A stretch of 64,000 nucleotides of DNA, from positions 67,000,788 through 67,064,787 of the forward strand of contig CM120640.1 in assembly GCA_051362555.1 (NCBI GenBank), given 5' to 3'. Shown here piece by piece: positions 1-13,130 of this stretch (positions within the stretch are counted from its first letter, which is position 1; each line of letters starts with the position of its first letter). The notes under the pieces were generated by a model, which did no database searches, was not told where the DNA came from, and worked only from the letters and a program-made list of their open reading frames with translations. Source of the stretch: Lingula anatina (Eukaryota; Animalia; Brachiopoda). The position numbers were made by a program, and so were the translations under genes.

Positions 1-642
1 GCTATTGTTATTTTCATTTGTAAGGCATTTCAAACTGCTTTGATGTTTTACTGAAACCCACAATACTTAATAGGATTTTTGGATGTAAAAATACCTTTAT
101 CCATTCAGAAACTCTTTTGAATTTTTTCAGCTGAATTTTTTTCTTTTTTTCTGAATTGATGCCACATTAATAGGTTTTTTTTTCTGAGTTGAATGAGTGA
201 AACATTTAACAGGGCATTGTAGCACCACTGAACAGACAGTATCAGTAGCCTCAGCCAATTGATCTCAATATCAATACCAATTTAGGAAAAATGAAAACAA
301 ACAAACAAAGGTCCCAGTCTTTTGGTTTATCAGTCTAAACGTACACTGCCTCTGGTCCTGCTGCAATGAAGCAGATGTAATTGATTCACTCAGTTGAGAT
401 ATTGATGATCAACTTTGTCCTCACTTCAGGCAGAGCTGGTGGATTACCCCTTCTTCCTGAGAGCTGCAACAACTGTTCCGTGTCTCCCTGAAATTACAGG
501 GGGAATTATCCATAGGCATGTCAACGTAGAACTTAAAATTCACAAACCAGATGATGATTAAGCATTGATTTTATTGAAAGATCTGGTCCCACAAATAGAT
601 GATGAGTAGGGCCCCAGCATTAGTAGCTAAGAGCTGAACTTA

Positions 643-901
643 GGCTTCGTTCACATGCAATGTCTATTTTCTATTTTCTATTGTCTATTTTCGGTATGTC
701 TTATGATCACAGTCTGTGCACTGAATATCCCGCGGCGTAATTACTGGCAGCGCGAGCCAGTTACTATAAGTTACTATAAGTAACTGGCTCGCGCTGCCAA
801 TAATTACGCGGCGGGATATTCAGTGCACAGACCGTGATCATAAGACATACCGAAAATAGAAAATAGAAAATAGAAAATAGACATTGCATGTGAATGAAGC
901 C
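643..901. mobile_element. Fully palindromic MITE, PIF/Harbinger (Tourist)-like, copy 1
   Basis: The whole element is an inverted repeat: GGCTTCGTTCACATGCAATG...CATTGCATGTGAATGAAGCC. It is flanked by a TTA duplication (640-642, 902-904). A near-identical copy is at 45634-45890. Confidence 0.9.
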
Positions 902-3900
902 TTATTTGATGGTCTCTGTAGCCAGTGAAGCAGCTGCTTTTAAGGCAGCGCTTACATCCAATGTTATATTTCTGTGCAGCTGTGTATAAGAAATAGCTGT
1001 GAGACAATTTTCAATCTTCAGTACGTGGTCACTACATGGCAGTTTTCACCTTTGTAACATCTTGCTCATTGGAAAACCTTTTTTTGCCACTTCTGTTCCT
1101 ATTAATTTAGTTCAAGATAATTAAGACAGCATTCAATTGCTTTCGTTTCTTTTCTTTTCTCTTGGGCATAAAATGATTAAAAATATTTATGATGGTGGAG
1201 AAATGTTACTGGAAATTTCTTTGGCCTTCCATGAAAATACATTTGTACACAAGCAGATTTTTAGGAAAATGGTTGAAGATCATGCCTGATGTGGCATCTT
1301 AGTTAAGACTCCAAGATCTTTTAAGCAAATTATCACAACTCTGCTGGAACTAATGTAGCCATCTAAAACATTTTGAACAGTTTCATGGTTGATTAAAAAG
1401 GCATGGAAGCATGCCTCAATTTCTGTAGCTTGATGAGTAAAAGACTGTACAAAAGAATGAAGGTTAAATTAAATTGTCAAAATTTGAATTTGTGATAAAA
1501 TGTAAGCCCCAAAAATTATTTTTTATGATAATGTGACTTTATGGAAAAGTTCAAACTTTCAAATTACAGGAGATAACTTATTTTTGATAAAGCATATTGT
1601 CATTAATGTTAGTTTTTATGCTTGAGTGTCTTGAGTCTGTCTAAGAGTTCACAATTTTTAGGAATTTAGACAAGAACAAAAAGCACAATTCCATAAATAT
1701 CTGTCCACAACTTAACACCTTGTGCTCAACATACCAGAAGAAAACCCATTGTTTGCATTCATTCCAAAAGAAAATTCTCCAAAATGTATATCATAAAATA
1801 TTGATGACTTTATTGTTCATTAAGTACAACAAGGTCTCTTTACAAATAATGAAAAATATTATTCACGATTTCATAACAAAGACTTCAAACAAAGTCACCT
1901 TTCCCCCTTGCGCTAGCAACTGCATTGTTTCATGCAAGCAATTAAAAGAGATCAGTGGTTTTCCATATGTTCTGCTTGAATAGTCTCCGCAAATGAGGTG
2001 ATAAATTATTAATGTCCAAAATAATACCTTCTACACGGCGTAGACCCTCTTTTAAATGAGAATTAAATTACGTGTGCTTGCCCATACAAACATTAAGCTG
2101 CTTGGTCAACACTGCCACAAGCCTGTGTTGACTGAGGCAATAGTACAACAATTGCCAAATGCGCGTGGCAGTAATTAAAGCTTGACAACAAAAGCCACTT
2201 GGCACGGGCCCTGGCAGCCATTTTTAAATGCTCTTCAGAGCAATGGCTCTGAGATAAAAGTGAGTGCATGACAGCATGCGTCAGTAAGTAAAATTGCTGC
2301 CTTTTTCTCACCAGTTTTCAAAGCTGTAAACCTTAGACTGTAGATAAAAGGTTCTTCTAAAAATAAAGAAGTCAGAGGCCTTACTGGTTTTGAAAGTGTG
2401 GTTTGTGTGTATGGAACTAGCATAGAAACTAGTGCAGTCAGTTGTAAAAAAAGCCTCGTAGCCCTTTCTCCCTTGAAGCAGTCAATCTCTGCTGCATTGA
2501 TTCGTAGCAAAAACTCAGTGTGATACAGTTAACTAAAACAAACCTTGATAACGATCAATGTCAAGATTGCATTTTAATTAACATCCTCATAAGGCTAAAT
2601 AAGGTAGAGGAAAGCATGATCAATGTGCACTGTAGAATGATTTCCAATAATTTGTATAAAAGTGCCGGAGTAACAGGTAGATCACCAATAATATGACATT
2701 GACCATGAAAGTGAGAGTGTGGAACTATTGTCTAATGTAGCAGTTTGATGATTAGATAGTGTTGCATGTCAGAGCGGTATTAATTAAATATTGAGGTTTT
2801 GATTGAGTGAAGGCAAGCTAGTAGTAAAGTCACACTAAATGAAATGTCTGTCCCCATTGATCAGACTCCCAGAGCTCTTCAAGAGGGAATTTGAAAATCA
2901 TTAAAACATACATGTATTTGCTGTAAATCACATGTCTCTACTTAGCAATTGATTCACAAGGTTATGGCCAAAGAAGAGGGAAAATTAATTGATAAAGTGT
3001 TTAATTGTTGATGATTGTATTGCTGCTGTGCTTCAAGTTACTTCCTTAAATGTCTGGCTTGCTGGGAGTAAAACTGCAGCTTGGAAAAGGCTTTAAATGC
3101 TGGTGATGTGTGGTTAAAGCGGCTTGGGAAAGCCCCAACATGTTGTAGCTTGACAAGGCAGACTATTTACTTTGTATGATTGCTTTTCATTGTCCAATCC
3201 TCCTCTGGCAAACATGCATTTAACATGAAGCAGTATTGTTTTCCCAAAGAGTCATAAAGAAAATACTGAAATATTTATTAGATGGTTCGCAAGCAAGTTT
3301 CACAGTTCCATGCCTTGGCACAGTTGTACCTGATGTGGGAGGAGAGAGAGAGCTCAAGAAGCAGGGGTTGATTCTGGTGAAGGCTCTTATGGCAATTATC
3401 TGCAGGCCCTCAACAAAAGCAGTCCAGCAATGCCATTGTTGTTGGCTCTCCAATAACAACATTTGCTCGAAACAGTTGGCTCAGAGAGAACAAACAGTGC
3501 CAAGTGTTTTTTGTATGCGAGAAGACGTGACTAAAAGCTTGCTTTCAACTTGTCTTCCCACTAAAGGAAGACTAGCTGTTTACTTTCCCTGTAACGATAG
3601 CTTTGTGTACATTTACTCTCCTCTTCCAAACAGCATCCTCCTCATTTGCATTTGCATGGAACTGAACTTGAAACAATACTTCTCTCTCAACGTGATAGAG
3701 AAAGCAAACAAGACTGCCTAAATTGCAGTTTTGTTGTCAACTGTTGTTTTAGGCTTGCTTTGGTTTGAAGGAAATTAATGTATTAACCCTCCAGCTAGCA
3801 GAAGTGAAGCATAAAGGAGTATTTACTGTTCAGAGTAATGTAGTTGTTGATTCTGAGGAACAAGTGCAAGTGCAACTAAAAGCAGACATTTTGTTAGGCG

Positions 3901-6699
3901 GCAGATGGTGGACACATGATTACCTGTCTCATATATATGATGTGCATGTACTGTAATCAGCTTTCTTTTCTGAAGATTGTTTTAACGCCTGAATGTAAAA
4001 GCCCCATATACATAGCTGTGGTGTTGAAAATTAAGTGTGTACTTTTCATTAAAGAAAATGGTGTCAATAGTCTTAAAAAACCCCAAAACAACTTACAGAC
4101 TCAATTTTTATAAGTAATGGAGCATTTCTTTTTTGTTTCCAAAGTAATTTTACCCAAAGGGAAAAAGAAAGAAATTTGAGATATTCATAACTAAAGCTAT
4201 GACATTTAATTTCCCCAATTTTCCCATTCCTAGTACAATCTCAATCCCTGAAGGCTACTAGGTCTGTTCATTTTGACTTCTTTTCTGGATTCAAGAATAA
4301 AAGACAAGTGAATAGGTATTTATGGCAATTCAAAGGTATATTTCAAATAACATGTATCTTTGCTTACACACTGCCTGTTAAAGCCCTAATGGCAGAAAGA
4401 ATATGCATATTTCCCTTTTTAATACGTGCTGAAGACGAGGATTTTAATTACCAATATGAAGGAATACTCATGTGGCTGAAAGGGAGGCATATCCATATAT
4501 TGATGGGAAATGGAAAAATCAAAGTTGTGAAAGAACTTTGCGTAACAGCGGTTTGAAAACTGCACATTTTCAATAATGTTGACCTGACAAAGCTCATTTA
4601 GTTAGATCAACAAAATATTGAGTGATATTTCAGTCTTAGGGACAGGAGCATTTTATTGATAATTGTATTGATAATTAAAGCTGGTCATTTGGGGAAACTG
4701 GGGGCAGTAGGATGGAGTCTGGCTTGCCATCCAACCAAATACATTATATTATAGTGTTTTTGGTCACTGGGGAAAACAATTAAAGTATGGCATGCAAGCT
4801 GTAAATGTAACATAATATGATAAAAAGAAGCGGGTGCGATTTCTTAATAACAATCAACTGTGACAACTGCAAATTATGATATTTTTTGCAAATTTATTGA
4901 CTTGTTTGTCCGTGGGGCATTTTCGTGAGAAAATAATGACAAGAAAGAATACTGAAGTGGTATAATTACAAATTAACTATCCCAGGTATGTTGGTGTGTG
5001 TTTGTGAAGCTATTCGGCCCTGTTTTCCACATGGTAACACTTAATGTTTGTGAAATAATTTGGAAACAATGGCAGGTGCTCCCTTCAAGGTGTTCTGAAC
5101 AAGATCAACTATTGATTCTTGCCAGGTCCACCAGATCAGCTATTACATCTGTACAGACAGTCAAATCTATAAATCTATACCAAGATGAAAAGACACAAAA
5201 CTTAGAAGGAAGAAACAATAGAGTGGTATCACATAGCCTGATAAATTATTCAATCATTAAATTCCTCCACAATATAGGCAGGTGGGTTGGAAATGTGAGT
5301 CTTTGACAAAGGCTGTGACTAAAATTGTTTGTACTGTTCCAATGTAATGTGAAATATAATGGGCAGTTTACCCCTTCTCGTTCAAGAAAGGAACAAATTA
5401 ATTATAATGCAAACGGAATAATGATATGTTCTTTCTATTTACAGATGACATGCATTTTTAATGGGGCAGATTTGAAAAGACTGTGTTGGCTTGTGTTGTA
5501 ATTGCCATGATCCTCAGCTGCAGCTGCATTGAAGTACAAGGCAGAAAATTCTCAGGCCTAATTTATTGTTTCAACAAGAGTGAAATTGAGTTTTGTGTTT
5601 GCTGTATAAATATGAAGTATCGCCAGCATGTAGTGACGGGTCACCATCAATTCACTGCCGCTGCAGTTTAGCCATGGAAATTGGCAAGGGGGAGGATAAG
5701 ACTGTGGCAATGATGAATTTTCTCTTGCTTTTGCAGTCCTCGTCTGCTCAGACAATTAGATTAAAAAATAATGAATATCCCAACATTACCTTTTGGGATG
5801 TCAATTTGGCAAGTTGCTAAGCAACCCAAATAATTCATTTTCATCGTCGACCTCAGGAGAAGTGAAGTGTTAAATTCAAGAAAATTGCAAAGCATCAGTG
5901 AAGAGCAGACTTGTTCTTTGCCCTTTCCTTGTCTTTTGTTTTCCAAAGTTCATCCTAGTCCTGATTTAATAAAAGCTTTTGCATCCTATCATTTTTACTA
6001 ATCAAGACCGGTCTGCTTTGACACCTAACTAGTCTGACAGTGGTAATGAAAGGGTTTGATGGGCATCATAAACTTCCTACCAGCTGATTTTGCATTTGAG
6101 TAGGCTGGATGTAATGACCCTGTCATAGGACCTCGTCCCAAAGTGTCACAAAGTGATTATGAAAATGCAAAGTTAATGAATAAGCTGAGAGTATCTGCCA
6201 TGCACAGGGCAGAGAACTGTCATCCTCGTCTCGGCTCTCCCCGAGTACAGGGCAACATCCGATTAAACTGATTATTATTTCATCAGTGAGCTAATTTTAT
6301 CCACTCTTGAACATAGTTAACTTTTAAATTGTTAATGATTGAATGACAGGCAATTAATACTGGCTTGACCTGTGTTGCCTTGTTTGTTATGCATCAACAC
6401 ACAAAGTGAAACTGACTTTTCAGAAGATACTGACATGATTTTCATCTATATGCCCAATGTCTTTTGTTTGTCCTCAAGTTTGTATTTCATTTCAGTTCTC
6501 TAGTATTTTTCTTAAGATACTACTTATATTTTCATTGTTATTATTACCTGTATACTGCTTTGAAATGTTGTCTTTGTATTTTCACCAAATTTTTTGTATT
6601 ATTATTGCTTTTATTTCAGTCAGTGTTGCTCTTAGTTATTACATCTGTTTTTATTATTTTTCGTCTCTCAAACTATTTTATTTTGCTTCCTTCCTTTAG

Positions 6700-6771
6700 G
6701 CCCCATGATTGAAAATGATGATCACGACTCTGAGTCTTCATCAAAAGACAGCAAACCCAAAAGAAGCACCG
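6700..6771 (+). CDS. Putative cassette exon of Onecut in the CUT-homeodomain linker (24 aa, GPMIENDDHDSESSSKDSKPKRST)
   Basis: Polypyrimidine tract plus TTTAG acceptor and CCG|GTATG donor. 72 nt, phase 1-1 and stop-free in the frame that joins the phase-1 homeodomain exon at 9092. Confidence 0.6.
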
Positions 6772-9091
6772 GTATGTTGTACAACCAAAAATTAATAATT
6801 ACTAACCTTACTAGTAGTACTAATTTGCAATTATTTTAGTAACATCAGCTGCATGCTTATTTAGATTTAGAGTTTTATGCTGGTTTGCTTTTTTATTTCC
6901 TGAAGTAGATGACAAACTAACAGAATTGAAAAGTAACCTCCAGCAAGGTTTGCTGTAGATAAACCTAATAAGTGGCTGGAGTGCAAACTGTTGGCCTTGC
7001 AAGCCAGATGGGCACCGGGCCGGATGTTCTTTAAATATACTCACAAGATTCTCACTTTAGACCATAGAAAGTTTAGAAGATGATTGAAGTGCTCTCCTTG
7101 GTGGAGGAGTTTCAATAATTACTGTGGATTGATGGGAAAAGCACTGTGATAATCCCATCTTGGGGACAGGTGTGGGGAGGCATTAGTGAGATTACAATGC
7201 AATTATGCATATATGTGTATGGTAATGCAGGAGCTGTGGCTTACTGCAGTGAACAGAACCTGACACTCTCTGTCCTATATTATATTATTTATTGCTTAAA
7301 ATTAGTAAATTAACTGTCAGTTGATGGCTGGTTTATATAAACATTTTTATCATAGATATAACATGAACATCAAATATGCATGCTGTATTCATTGATATTA
7401 TGTAATTATGGATATATTTATATTTATATGTGTTGTTATAGCGAACTGCATGTGTATGGCAGTAGTAATGGTGGTGGTTGGGTAGGTGGTGGTTATAGGA
7501 TTGTAATCAAGTGGACTGCACTGACAGGCATGCCATCTGTCAGTTCTGAATATGCAGATTCATTCTATCTTTGCCTATTCATTATCTGCAGGAAGCTGAC
7601 TTTACAAGCTTTATGGTGGTTTTTTTACCGCATTGTAATATGAATTCATAACCCCTTCAACAGACCAAGCAAGGTTTCTTTTTTACGGATCTAAAGGGAA
7701 TAAGGATCCAGTAATTTCTATTATACTTCCAAGTTAATAGTTCTGTATGTTTTTCTCAATGGCTTATATTTTTATGGTTATCTCTAGTTTCTCCTGTTGT
7801 AATCTTTTATTTCTGTGATCCATGCACTTGGCTGTGGTAACCATTGGTATTTCTTAGAACAAGTGACTGGGTCATGATGAATGAGTTCAAAAATATCCAA
7901 AGGTTTCAGTGTGAATTCATATAACTCAGTAGTGTAGTGTGCAGCCATCATAACATGTGATTAGAAGTTTTAGTTATTTCTCAGAGAAAGTTAGGTGACA
8001 AAAACTTGACACCACTCTGAAAAAAACTTTCATCGGGTTTATTGCTTCCATTATTGCATGATAACACGGGTGTGTGGGTGCATGCAAGGTGTGTGTGTGA
8101 CATGAGACGGCATACATGATAATTAACGCAGAGTTATTGACAAGGTGTGAACTCACTAATCTCACTTTCTATTTCTGAGGAACAGCTCTTACTTCAACTA
8201 ATCTTGCTCTCTTGAAGACATGCAAAGAAGGGATAAGTAAAATGGATATTTTCCTTGGCGCCAAACGGAAAAGATTTCAATTCTATTGCAAGAAAATATG
8301 AATTTCTTGCAAATTTTACCTGCAGACCAATTATTTTCCCATGAAATTACCTTAACTTCTTAATTGGTGTGACTTTAAATGAAATGAAAAAGAAAAATCA
8401 ATCATCTGTTTCCACTACAGTTTCTCACTTTTCTGTTTGTGTTTAGTGACATCGTCTGGCCACTCAAAAGGTGTGACAAAACGAAGACCTAACCGGTATT
8501 GTACTCTTCCCTTCCTGATAAAGGGCTGTTCCAGAAAATGTGACTCCATGTGATTGATCAGTGGGCAAAATGTGGGATGGTTGGTCAGTCTGAGTTTGGC
8601 TCAAATCATATATTCCCAACTGACCAATCATTTTCACTGTTTGATAATTCCAAACGAATGACAGGTGTGTCGTATCGCACAACATTTCTGGTTTGTAAAT
8701 GTAGAAATTGCTTCTGTCATTTAAAAGAATAACAGATTCGCCTTTTCTAGAACACCCTTACTTTGATAGGTAGACGTGCTTCAGCTGTGATTGAAACCGT
8801 TACTAACTTTATTAAATTACTTACAATTCTTGGGTGCTCTGTTCTAGCTCTGCATTGCTAACTTCCTAAACTCTTGTCATTTACAAACCAGAAATGTTCA
8901 GTTTCAGTTTCTATTGAATGTTCCCATAATGGGAGCTCTTGATTTTGTCTTTCATCATCTTATTGTGGAGTAAAAAAGCAACTACTCTGCTGTGTTTTGG
9001 GGATTTGAATTTTTGTCTTCTTTGAAGGCATATTTTTACCTACACACATTAAGATGAGCTGAGGTTTAATTCCTGTTCATTTTTATTCCAG

Positions 9092-9381
9092 CATGCAAGA
9101 GAAAAGAAGCAGAACAAGTGAGTCCTCCTGAGGACAGTAGAGCACCCAAGAAGCCACGTTTGGTATTTACAGATATTCAACGACGCACACTGCATGCAAT
9201 ATTCAAAGAGACTAAACGACCATCCAAGGAGATGCAAGCCACCATAGCACAGCAACTGGGTTTAGAGGTCACCACAGTAGCCAATTTCTTTATGAACGCA
9301 CGGAGGCGGTCTCTGGACAAGTGGAAAGACGAGGAAGGAAATAGCCAACGTAGTTCAGCTGCACCTGCTGGCAGCAAGTGA
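9092..9381 (+). CDS. ONECUT: Onecut/HNF6-family transcription factor, terminal homeodomain exon (CUT-domain exon lies upstream of the window)
   Basis: Acceptor TTCCAG ends at 9091. The exon reads (A)CKRKE...PKKPRLVFTDIQRRTLHAIFKETKRPSKEMQATIAQQLGLEVTTVANFFMNARRRSLDKW, with the Onecut-specific F48/M50 homeodomain residues. Stop TGA at 9379-9381. Confidence 0.97.
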
Positions 9382-12300
9382 CTAGACGTGGACCTTGACT
9401 TTGACTAGTGATTACGATGTGGTCTTTAATTATATTTCCATAGAGGTATCATATCTCACTGCCAAATGCAGCAAATGAGGCTACATATGTGTACTAAAGT
9501 TGGCAGATATGTGGTCCATATTTATATATTTATTTGTCACAAGAAACTTGTGATCAGGGATTCTTTTTGATTAATCCCACAAGAACCCAACTTACTTTCA
9601 TCATTATCTCTCTAATTCCTTAGATACTGAAAGCCTTTTGGCAACTTGTATTCATTCATTCCAACCTGCAGCATTTTATCTCAAACAATTCCATTTAGTT
9701 TCCAATAGAAATATCTCTAAAGTTAAGAACACTGGGGTCTAGTATGTCCATTGCACATAGTGGTCATTCCAGCTACTGGACATACAGACAGTTTTGTTAG
9801 TATTAATGTTTATTTTTGTTACATTCCATCCATAACTTATTTTCTATTTTGGCATTTTTGTCAAGCTATATAAGTCAATCAGTTGATTTTATTTTTATGT
9901 TCCCAGATATGTTTTTTATGGACTCAAAGTCTCTTAGATGATTTGGTATAATTTATGCAATACTGATAATCATATTTGAATAACTTAACTCTGAGGAACA
10001 AACTTAAATTATTGCCCAATACCCTTCAGGTCTAAGACCTGCTATTTATTATTACTGTTAAGAATTATTTTACTTTTTATCTGCCAGCAATGAAAGTTTG
10101 GGATTTCTCCCATTTCAACTCTTGTATGAGACACATACACACTGCTTTGAAAAAAAAAACACATTGGTATAGTCAGAGAGCACTTAGATTTTTACATTTT
10201 TATAGCATTTGTATAAATGGTTGTTCACTTTCTGTTGTGAAACTTGCATAATGACTACTTAACATTTTAGCTGTAGATATGTATCTGTGCTACATTTGAA
10301 GTAGCATATGGTAAATATAGATCACTGTATCAATCTTTCTGCACTGTTTGCATAAGAATGTCCCTCCAATTTTAAACAGTGTATGAAAAAATGAAAGGGG
10401 AGAGAAGGAAATGTGCAATATTAAACAATACACAATAGATCATAGTCAATATAGTATGTGGTTTACATACCCTAGATTTCTGTACTGTGATTGGTCAAAA
10501 TTAGTCCATCTTCCTTCCATACATTGCTTGCAGTGGCAGATTCTTGTACAAAGTGTTTGATGGAGAACTTCCTGGCTGGAGCTAGAACCATTGTTATGTA
10601 TATTAATCAGTATCATTGTTGCATTTATATTGTGTGTTATATTTGTGTCTTATAAAGTGTGTGCTGATGTTTCTTTTTAAAAATGACACTGACTTGCAGC
10701 TGTTAATCTGCCTGTAGACAACATTTTATATTTAGTTTTGTTTTCCAGTTTGTATTTATTGTTAGATGTGAGAACAATCAGTTTCTTTTATTAAATAAGA
10801 GTATTAATAACTTACACCACAGGAGTGGTAGCTCCATGAGTCACCAAAGATTTTCCCTGAAGTAGGCAGGAGATTATTTCAAAGTTCCACTATATCACGT
10901 CAACATCTAAACACTAATTTCTTCGAGCAATCTAGTCAGAGAAATATGTGCAGGGCTGCTCATTTATTTATTTTTGTCTTGCTGGAGATTTAGGAGGCAC
11001 ACTTTACTTGACAATAGCTTTTGTCACTATGCCATACCCTTGGGTGGTTGTGCTAGAGTCATTAATTGTTGGATGAAACTCCCAAGTCAAGAGGTTCATG
11101 AAGTACACAAGGAATATATTTGGCAATCATGTTTTAATTTTTCAATTGGAACAAAGAGTAAAAATCAAAGTAATTCAGAATTTAGTCACTATATGATAGT
11201 CACATTTACACATCTTAGAAGGGAGCTATGGCAAAATATACAAATGGTATGTGCAAGTCCAGTTTTAATACAGGGTATACTGTCAAAAGTGCATTATTTT
11301 AGTTTATAATTCAGCATTAACAAGCAAGGAATGAAAATGCCTGCATTTTCTTGGTTATTTTACAAAGTGCAGTTTATGGTTATGGCTTTTGCCTATTTGA
11401 GACATTAGTAATTTTGCAATTTTTAATAGAAATGATTTTATTCACTTAAACCAAAGGAGAATGGAGTTTTGATATTTTATCCCATTTTTTTCTTATATGT
11501 CATGTTTTAATGCCTCCATTTCAGCTTAATTGCCATCAGTAAGGGGAAGGTAGTCTGTAACTCGGGTTCAGGTTACTAGGTTTTTGCCACATTATTCCAA
11601 GGGGAAACAGAGACATGGTTATTTTTGGCATTCATCTGCAACACCTATCATGAATAATTAACAAGGTCTTCAAACAATACTGTAATGTCTATTCTGCCGG
11701 CACTGTACAAGTCTTGAATTGGAGCGTGCTCTGCTACTCTGGTTTCACAATTGTATTGTATTGTATTTATTTAGGAGAACAAAACAAATGGGGCCCAACT
11801 GAGACTACAAGTTTGTTGTACAGTATGTGTTGTGAATCAAAACTGTCATCGATGAAACTTTTTGTCTAGTTTTTCTGTATCACTGTATTATGATGACTGG
11901 TCTAAGTAAAGTCACAGCAAAGTGAAGGTTCTGATTTGCTTTCACTCTAGAGTGCTGCACGGTTGAAAGCTGGCACTTGTGCAGCAGTTGAAGTTGGCAG
12001 CCCATTTGTCAGCGCCAGATCAGAGCGTACCAGCACATCAATTATGAATGTTTTCTGTCCTGTTCATGAAGCCGGTTACTGTGGCAACTGCTGAAATGAG
12101 CACCTTGCTGGTGAAATGGCACTGTTACCGGGAGCGCTCTGTCCTGGCAATCTGCTCAGGTGGTACACAAAAGATAAGTGTAATCAAGCAGTAGCAAGGT
12201 GTTTGTGAAATATATATTAGGTTTATCTGAAATACAGCTGATCACCAAGTAAGGCTTTATCAGGAGACACTCCTACCTTTTTTTGTAGACAATGTCACCA

Positions 12301-13130
12301 AAGTTTTTCACTGGACTCGTCACAAAAGTAGTTGTAATATGATACCAGAAAGCATTGTTCACATGTGTCATCTCTTCCTATACAGAAGTTGTCCATGTTT
12401 CAGTATTTGCCTACATACCAGTTTCCATATGAAAAATATTACAGGGTCATATAAATTGATATTCTTTTGATCTTGCACTGCATCTTACTGGCAAATCTAA
12501 ATAGGATGTTTAATGGTGTTCTCTACATGCTAGTGGCCAGCTTAAAAGGATCAAGCAAAATCTCAGCAGTGTTTTTTAGTCATTTGATCAAATTGAAAAA
12601 GGCAGCGTGCAGTCAAGGGCTAATAGGCTGAATATGTAATTATCTATAGACTTCATTCTGATCTCAAATTCCTGTGTGAAATTACAAGATCTGAGTCCAT
12701 GCAGGCTGGTCACTAAATCACTTGAGGTCTCTTACTGTTTATGCGTATATACATGCATGTATGTATATATGTATGTACTTATTAGTTTAGAGCAGTGTAA
12801 TTTAAACGTGGGTGTGTTGCCCAGAAAAAAATTGTAAAGAATGACAATATATTGCTATGTGGTGTTCATGTTTTATAATCAGTTTAATTAATTTATTGTG
12901 CAATATTTAATTTATTGAAATTCGAGTCAGAAGATAAAAAGTCAAATCAGGTTAAAATCTGACGTGCAATTTTTGTGTCATAATATTATTGACAATGTAG
13001 CAAACATCAGTGTGTTATTATGTTGACGTAGAGCTGTTATTTTTTAGAAGTTTTTGCTGCATATAAGAGCTTTGGCTGTTGGTATAGAATGGACAAATTA
13101 TAATAAAAATGTGTTTCACACTCCCAGAAA
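9382..13130 (+). promoter_or_regulatory. Putative long (~3.7 kb) Onecut 3'UTR
   Basis: U-rich and CpG-poor with no credible ORF. AATAAA at 13102-13107 is followed by GT-rich sequence, and CpG content rises after about 13300. The exact end is uncertain. Confidence 0.45.

Noticed and set aside
3236-3721. 161-aa ORF in the Onecut intron, and most other short ORF-track entries
   Set aside because: No recognisable domain, non-ATG start and no supporting exon structure; consistent with chance ORFs.
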